Positions 57,000-64,000 of a DNA stretch of 64,000 nucleotides are shown here, in pieces (the first letter of the stretch is position 1; each line of letters begins with the position of its first letter). A program made the translations under genes and the position numbers. Under the pieces are notes generated by a model. It worked only from the letters and a program-made list of their open reading frames with translations, searched no databases and was not told the origin of the DNA. Source of the DNA: the human T2T-CHM13v2.0 reference genome, Homo sapiens; NCBI RefSeq assembly GCF_009914755.1, contig NC_060938.1, one strand, 5' to 3'.

Positions 57000-58064
57000 T
57001 TATTCATTTTTTTCTGGGCCTCAGGGGTAAAGAATTGAGTTAATCATCCTATTTGATTCATGGCAGCATCACACTCACTGCATTCCCCTCGCTCCAGTAG
57101 TTGCTATACTCATGTGTTTCAAGGGATCCTTTGATAATGATATATTCTTGTGAGATACATGGTATTATTCTGTAGGAGGATTGTATTTTTAATTCATAAA
57201 TGGTATGCTGTAAATAGCATTTGGTTTCCTGCTCTTTTTTCCAGTTCTAAGGTATCACCATGTGACAGTATGTGCATATCATTCCCTGCTTCTAAGATCC
57301 ATGGGTATTCCATAGTGTGTGCCTACCAGTTAACCTATCCACACACGTGGTGATGCACAACTCAGCTGCCACATACAAGGCAGCTGCAAGTGCCCTGGTG
57401 GCTGGCACAAGAACTGCTCTGAGAAACCCAAAAGGGTTTCTGTGCCCCAGGTGGACACATCCTCACTGCACTGAACCCTTCCAGACTGCTTTGTGACCAA
57501 GCAGATCTATGTAATAAGGTGCTTGGTATAGTGCTTTTTACCTTATCAGCTATTAACCAAAGAATCCTACACTGGGGCATCAGGGTTTAATCCAGTTCTG
57601 CCACGGGGTGGCTGTGGGATGTTACATAAGTCACATCATGTGTCTGGGTCTCAGGATCCTCTTCCACCAAGTGAGTATGCCGGACAAGGTCAACCCAAGG
57701 CCAACCCTAACCCCACTGGGAGTGCATCTGAGGGTCAGCACAAGACAATGAAGCAGAGACACCTTCAGACCCCAAGTCCTGGCTTTGGCGGCCTTTGAGA
57801 ATTGCGGAAGGAGCCCACTGGGAATATATGTGTTATAGGAGTCCTTTGACAATTAAATGAAATAATGGACATAAAGTACCTGGCACTTTGAGAAGCTGTT
57901 CAAACTGATATCCACTCTCTTTATTCCCAACCCATGCCCTTTCCCTGTTTTGTCATTTTCCATTGAAGAATTCTGAAATTTTTCGGATTCTAAATTCTGA
58001 CAATTTACCGTTCATTCTCTGTCTTCTTAATGAGGTGTAAATACATACAGTAAGGTCTAATAAT

Positions 58065-59775
58065 CTTCTTTTAATAACAGCTTTATTGAAGTATTCACAT
58101 ACCATAAAATTCACCCTTTAAAAGTATACAATTCACAGGTTTTTATAATACTATATTCACAGAGAAATCTCATCACTACTTAATTTAAGAACATTTTCCT
58201 CGCCCCCCACCAAAAAAAAAAAAAAAAAAAAAACAAACCCTCACTCTCCATTTCACCCTCTCCAGCCCCTGGCAACCATTAATCTACTTTCTGTCACTAT
58301 TCTGAGCATCTCATACAAATGGAATCATTTACCATATGGCCTTTTGTGACTGGCTTCTTTCACTTAGCGTAACATGTTCAAGGTTCATTGTCAAATAATA
58401 TTCCACTCTATGGACACAGCACATTTTGTGTATTCATTTGTCAGTTGATGAACACTTGGGTTGCTACCACTTTTTGGCTATTATGAATAAAGCTTCTATG
58501 AACATTCATGTACAGATTTTCGTGTGGTCATGTTTTCAATTTTCTTGGGTATATACCTAGGAATGGAATTGCCAACTATATGGCATCTTAATGCTTAACT
58601 TTTAAGGAAGTACCAAAATGTTTTCTGAAACACCGCTTTTCAGTCCCACAGCCATATACGAGGGCTCCAATTTCTCTACATTCTCATCAGCTTTTATTAT
58701 TGTCTTGTCTCTTTTGTTTTAGCCACGCTAGTGGGTGTGAAATGATATCACTTTGTGGTTTTGAAGTGCACTAATCTTACATTAGCAGCTTGGTTTTTGC
58801 AAATGTGTGCACCTAAGATACATATACACAGATTTAAATATAGAACATTTCCCTCCTCCTGCCTCTGAGTCACTAACTTCCTACCCAAGGTAACCACTGT
58901 TCTGCAGCAACATTGCCTGATTTTCGTGCTCTTTAACTTTATGTAAATAACAACATAAAATATATACTCTTATGTCTAGCTTTTTTTCACTCAAAAAATG
59001 TTGTGGTATCAGTGGTTTCAGGTGCTTGTTCTTTTTACTTCTATGTAGTATTTCATTATATGAGTATACTGCAATCTGTTTATTCATTCTTTTATGAGTG
59101 GACATTTGTGTTGGTTCCAACTTGGGGTTATTATGAATAAAATTGCAAAACACTCTTGTACCTTTCTTTTGGAAGAAATATGAACTCATTTCTCTTAGGT
59201 CTGTACGTAGGAATGGAATTGCTGGATCACAGAGTAGCTTTAACTTTAGCAGAGGTTACCAAACAGTTTTCCAGAGTGGTTGTACCAATTTACATGCCCA
59301 TCAGTAGTGTATGAGCATTTCAAGTTGTTCTATATCTTCTTTGGCACTTGAATAAATCAGTCTTTTTGTTTTTGTTTTTTAATTGAGACACGATCTCATT
59401 CTGTCATCCAGGCTGGAGTGCTGTGGCACGAACATGGCTCACTATAGCCTCAACCTCCCTGGGCTCAAGTGACCCTACCATCTCAGTCTCCAGAGTAGCT
59501 GGGATTACAGGCGTGCACCACAATGCCTGGCTAATTTTTTAATTTTTTAGAAATGGGGTCTCACTATCTTGCCCAGGTTAGTGTCAAACTCCTATCCTCA
59601 AACGATCCTCCCACCTCAGCCTCCCAAAATGCTGGGATTACAGATATGAGCTACCATGCTCAGCCTAAGTTTTTAACGTTTTTCAAGTAAGTTTTAGTTT
59701 TGGTGTATAATGGTATCGCACTACGGTTTTAATTTGTGTTTCTCTAGCAACGAATCATGTTGAGCACCTTTGTTC
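58065..59775 (-). mobile_element. Adjacent old L1M 3' fragments
   Basis: aacagctttattgaagtattcacataccataaaattcaccc...cttgggtatatacctaggaatggaattgc; second copy taggaatggaattgctggatca...ccaaacagttttccagagtggttgtacc. Confidence 0.8.
59363..59666 (-). mobile_element. AluJ-like element
   Basis: Reverse Alu inside the L1M. Confidence 0.94.
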
Positions 59776-60205
59776 ATTGCCTTCAGTCTGAAACTTAGCT
59801 GAAAGGATCTGACAAATAATGCTCAACTCTCCCTGGTGGTTACCAGAAGAGCTAAGGATTGAGGTGCTCCAGGGGGCCCCATCAAGGGTGAGGTCTTTTA
59901 TCCCAGATCCTTGATCACACTCTACTAATTGAACACTAATAAAAATCCATTGCTAGGAGCATATTTATTCATTTTTGAATTAACAGTATTTTACTTTCAA
60001 CTCCTAGAACTCTCCTTGCAACATATCCTTAACCCAATAAAGAAAGAGATGGAGAATTAGCAAAGTAAGTGTAAAAAAAAAATTTACCAGTCAATCTTCA
60101 AGGCAAAGAATTGACTATACTAAACATAATAACTTTTCATTTAAAAGTTAAAGTCAGGTGAAGTTATAGTCTAGTGTATAAGGGATGTTTAAATTCATGT
60201 TTCTC

Positions 60206-60478
60206 TTTTTGTTTGTTTGTTTTTTGAGACAGAGTCTCTCTCTGTAACCAAGGCTGGAATGCAGATCTCAGCTCACTGCAACCTCCACCTCCCAGGTTCA
60301 AGAGAATCTCCTGCCTCAGCCTCCTGAGTAGCTGGGACTACAGGTGCATGCCACTAAGCCTGGCTAATTTTTGTATTTGTTGTAGAGACAAGGTTTCACC
60401 ATGTTGGCCAGGCTGGTCTCGAACTTCTGGCCTCAAGTAATCCGCCTGCCTTGGCATCCCAAAGTGCTGGGAGTACAC
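60206..60478 (-). mobile_element. AluS-like element, slightly truncated
   Basis: Reverse Alu. Confidence 0.94.
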
Positions 60479-61099
60479 CACACACACTTTCTCTTTGTTT
60501 TTTTTTTAATAGAAAGTTTATATTCTTTATGATAGCTTAATGGAAGGAGCATTCGAAAGAGGGTCAGTTACCTTCAAAGAAAGTGTACTCTGTCCTCAAG
60601 TTGGGAGAGATCATGTGTGAGGTAAGTGTTTCAGAAGGTTCCTTAGGGTAATCACATTATACAGGGCTCTGTGCGGTGGACACAGAATTGTAGGGGATTG
60701 GGAGGATGCTATGAGAACTACCAAGGTGATTGGTGAAATGTCGGTCAGGCTCCAGACACCTCTGCTGCACCCACTAGGCAGGACTGGGGTAAAATGCCCA
60801 GGTCCTTTGGGCAGAGGAATTTCAGAAACAATGTGAGGCAAGATTTGGAGTTCCCAACACCTCCATGCCAGTCCCCATGTAAGCAAGCAGGACTTTCCCA
60901 CCCAACAATAAACGCCTCTCTCCCCTGCCCAATAAATATCACTGATGTGTTTGTGTCTTGTTACGCCACTGGGGCAGAGTAGTAAGCCCCCTGTTAAAGT
61001 CAACAAAAGCAAAAATCATCCCACAGCTTTTATCAAATACTAAAACAATTTTCACTGTGGAAAATTTCTTCTTAATAGGGAAATGGAAAATTACAGATA

Positions 61100-61470
61100 T
61101 AGAATCATCCAATCTTAGAGCTGGAAGGAACCTTGGAGGTCATCAGCTGAACCTCAAGCCCACTGCTGGAATTCTTATTACAACATCCCTGCTGTCCTCT
61201 GCTTGAACGGTCCTAAGCCCGGGCCCTTTCTCAGCACCTCTAAGGAAGTTTTCCACCCATTGTTGGGTGGTTGTTAGACAGTCATTCTTATGTTGAACCA
61301 AAATAGTCCTTCTGGAAACTTCACCCTTCAGGCAGAGTTTGAATAAGTCTATTTCCTCTCCTCTGTGAGAGCTCTTTGAGTATTTTAAGGCTGTAAGCCT
61401 CATCCCCTCTGAGTCTTTTGTCCCCAGACCAAGCATTCCCACTGCCTCCAAATATATAATGATCCATTCT
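61100..61470 (-). mobile_element. L3/CR1 3' fragment
   Basis: ttagagctggaaggaaccttggaggtcatc...ctctgcttgaac...ttcttatgttgaaccaaaat...ctctttgagtattttaagg. Confidence 0.7.
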
Positions 61471-63304
61471 AAAACCTGGCGAAGGACAGGCATCAAGTCA
61501 CTGGTGTGTGGTCTTCCTAATCCTTCTTTCCCTCGTCTTGAAAACCAGATCCACAGCAGAGATTGGAGCAGCCTACCCGCTCTCAGGGATTGCCCCAAGG
61601 TACAGATGATGCTTCTGTGAAACCTTTGCAAGTTCAGCGGTTGAGGGATGCAAGCCGTAAACTAACGGATGAGAGGTTTGTTTTTTTTTTAAGTTTTTAA
61701 CAAGCTTGGGTATTTTTAGGAAATAAAAGTGACACTGTTGACCCCAATCTGGAATGAGCCCAAGCAGTTTTCCCAGGAGATGGGTGGGTTCTTGCTAATC
61801 CTGTTGCAAACTCTTAAGTATTTTCTAGGCACCCATAAGTATAGTACAGTATTATGTTCAGAAAACTGCTAGAGCTTCCTTAGTCCTGGTTTTATCCACC
61901 TGGGCAAAGTGGCCCAACCAGGGGAGTGAGGATGAGTGCATGGATACTCATACATGTACAATTCATGTTCAAGCCTTACCTGCTATGCTGGTGAACTAGC
62001 TGCTTCACCGTCCCACTCCCCACAGCCCAGAACGCAGTGGGTAGTAGTCTACTTGTGAGCAGGTGCACACACATGTATAGACACACATACAACCTTCCCA
62101 AGCACACGCACATCCTTGAGGGCCTTCCTATCAATACCCCCACTTGTATTCAGCTATCTATCAGGGGCAAAAAAAATAAACCAGGTCTCTCCCTGGAGGC
62201 GCAATGATTTTATGGTAGAGGTGCTTTTGAGCGGCCAGCAAAACAAGACAAAGGTCTTATTTGGTTTATCAAGCCTAGGTTAACCCATTGTTCAGTGGGC
62301 CAGGCAATGTTAATCAGTACCCAAGCCTTTGAATAAAATCTTTGCCAAATAGATCTGTGCAGATATTCTTGCTACATAATGATAAAAGCAATACTTCTGG
62401 TAGGGAGGCAAAACCACTAAGATTTTAGGCAATAATTTTTCCTTGCTTACAAAACAGGGAGTAATGCCTACCCCAAAGATGTAAACAGTTTTTAATTCTT
62501 TGAAGGAGAATCTGTCACTTATGCTAAAACCAATTGCCAAAATAATGCTAAATGGAGCTTTCTGGAAAGAAGGTATTGTAAGTAAAAGTCCCAGAAGAAA
62601 CCCTTCTCTCCAATTTCTTCTTACGTTCCTGTGCAAACCCACGAAGGAGGGAATTGCATGATTTTAAGACCAAAGTCCTCTGTTTTTAAAAATCATATAT
62701 CAAAACTTGAGAATGCAAAAGAGTTCTAATTACAACACCCAGGGGAATGGTTATGAAATACCAATAATGGTTGATAAATGCTCAACCTATTCAATGAAAC
62801 ACATACACAAACCTTTGACCAGAAGCACGGACTTAGAAGGTCACCATCAGCATGATGAAAGCCTTGGAACACGCCTCTGACAAGCAAGAAGGGCATTAGA
62901 GACCCAGGTGTTTCCCCTTTGATTAATGCACTCTCTGAGAAGCCCAGATTGAGAGGGAGCTATACATGATCAACCTTTGTTTTGGAAACGGCTTTCCTTG
63001 ATCTTCTTGGGTTATTGTGCAGCCCATTCTACAAGCCTCCTCCCATCCTCCCTCCTGGTTGTCAAAACAAGTCTGTGGGAGAGGCATTCTCAGGAATGTA
63101 TGATGCTCTGTTTAATATGGAAAAATGATCCTTCCAAGGCAGGGGAAGAAATAAAGAAGCAGATTTCCTCCTCAGCCTTCACAATACAAACCCTCAAGGA
63201 CACTGAGAGAAGGGTGGTTTAACAGGTGCATGAGGAAGATTTGAAAGTTGTGGCTCCTTCAGAAATTTGCTTCCCAGTTTAATTGTAGGCATCTAAAGGG
63301 TTAG

Positions 63305-64000
<696 letters not shown>

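Overview
This is primate (most likely human) non-coding genomic DNA, not microbial. It contains about 18 Alu/FLAM elements, L1/L2/L3/MIR fragments, MaLR and ERVL LTRs, hAT-type DNA transposon remnants and microsatellites. The only clearly protein-derived sequence is a decayed processed RPL12 pseudogene (31957-32450). No ORF in the supplied track looks like a real protein: they are chance ORFs, Alu/L1 read-throughs or low-complexity artefacts. From memory, and unverified here, the 494-bp pseudogene span plus a strong 3' splice site about 10 kb upstream fit chr14q24.1 (RPL12P7, distal 3' end of RAD51B, towards ZFP36L1); BLAT is needed to confirm. I find no evidence of a new biological system. 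The most interesting signals are: (i) a compact splice/poly(A)/G4 hub at 21.5-22.2 kb, (ii) a motif-dense enhancer candidate at about 30 kb, (iii) an apparent templated insertion of one LTR fragment into another, (iv) a multi-layer nested insertion with a triplicated target site, and (v) a 1-kb purine/pyrimidine-alternating minisatellite with a 240-bp higher-order period. Repeat subfamily names and boundaries were assigned by eye and are approximate.
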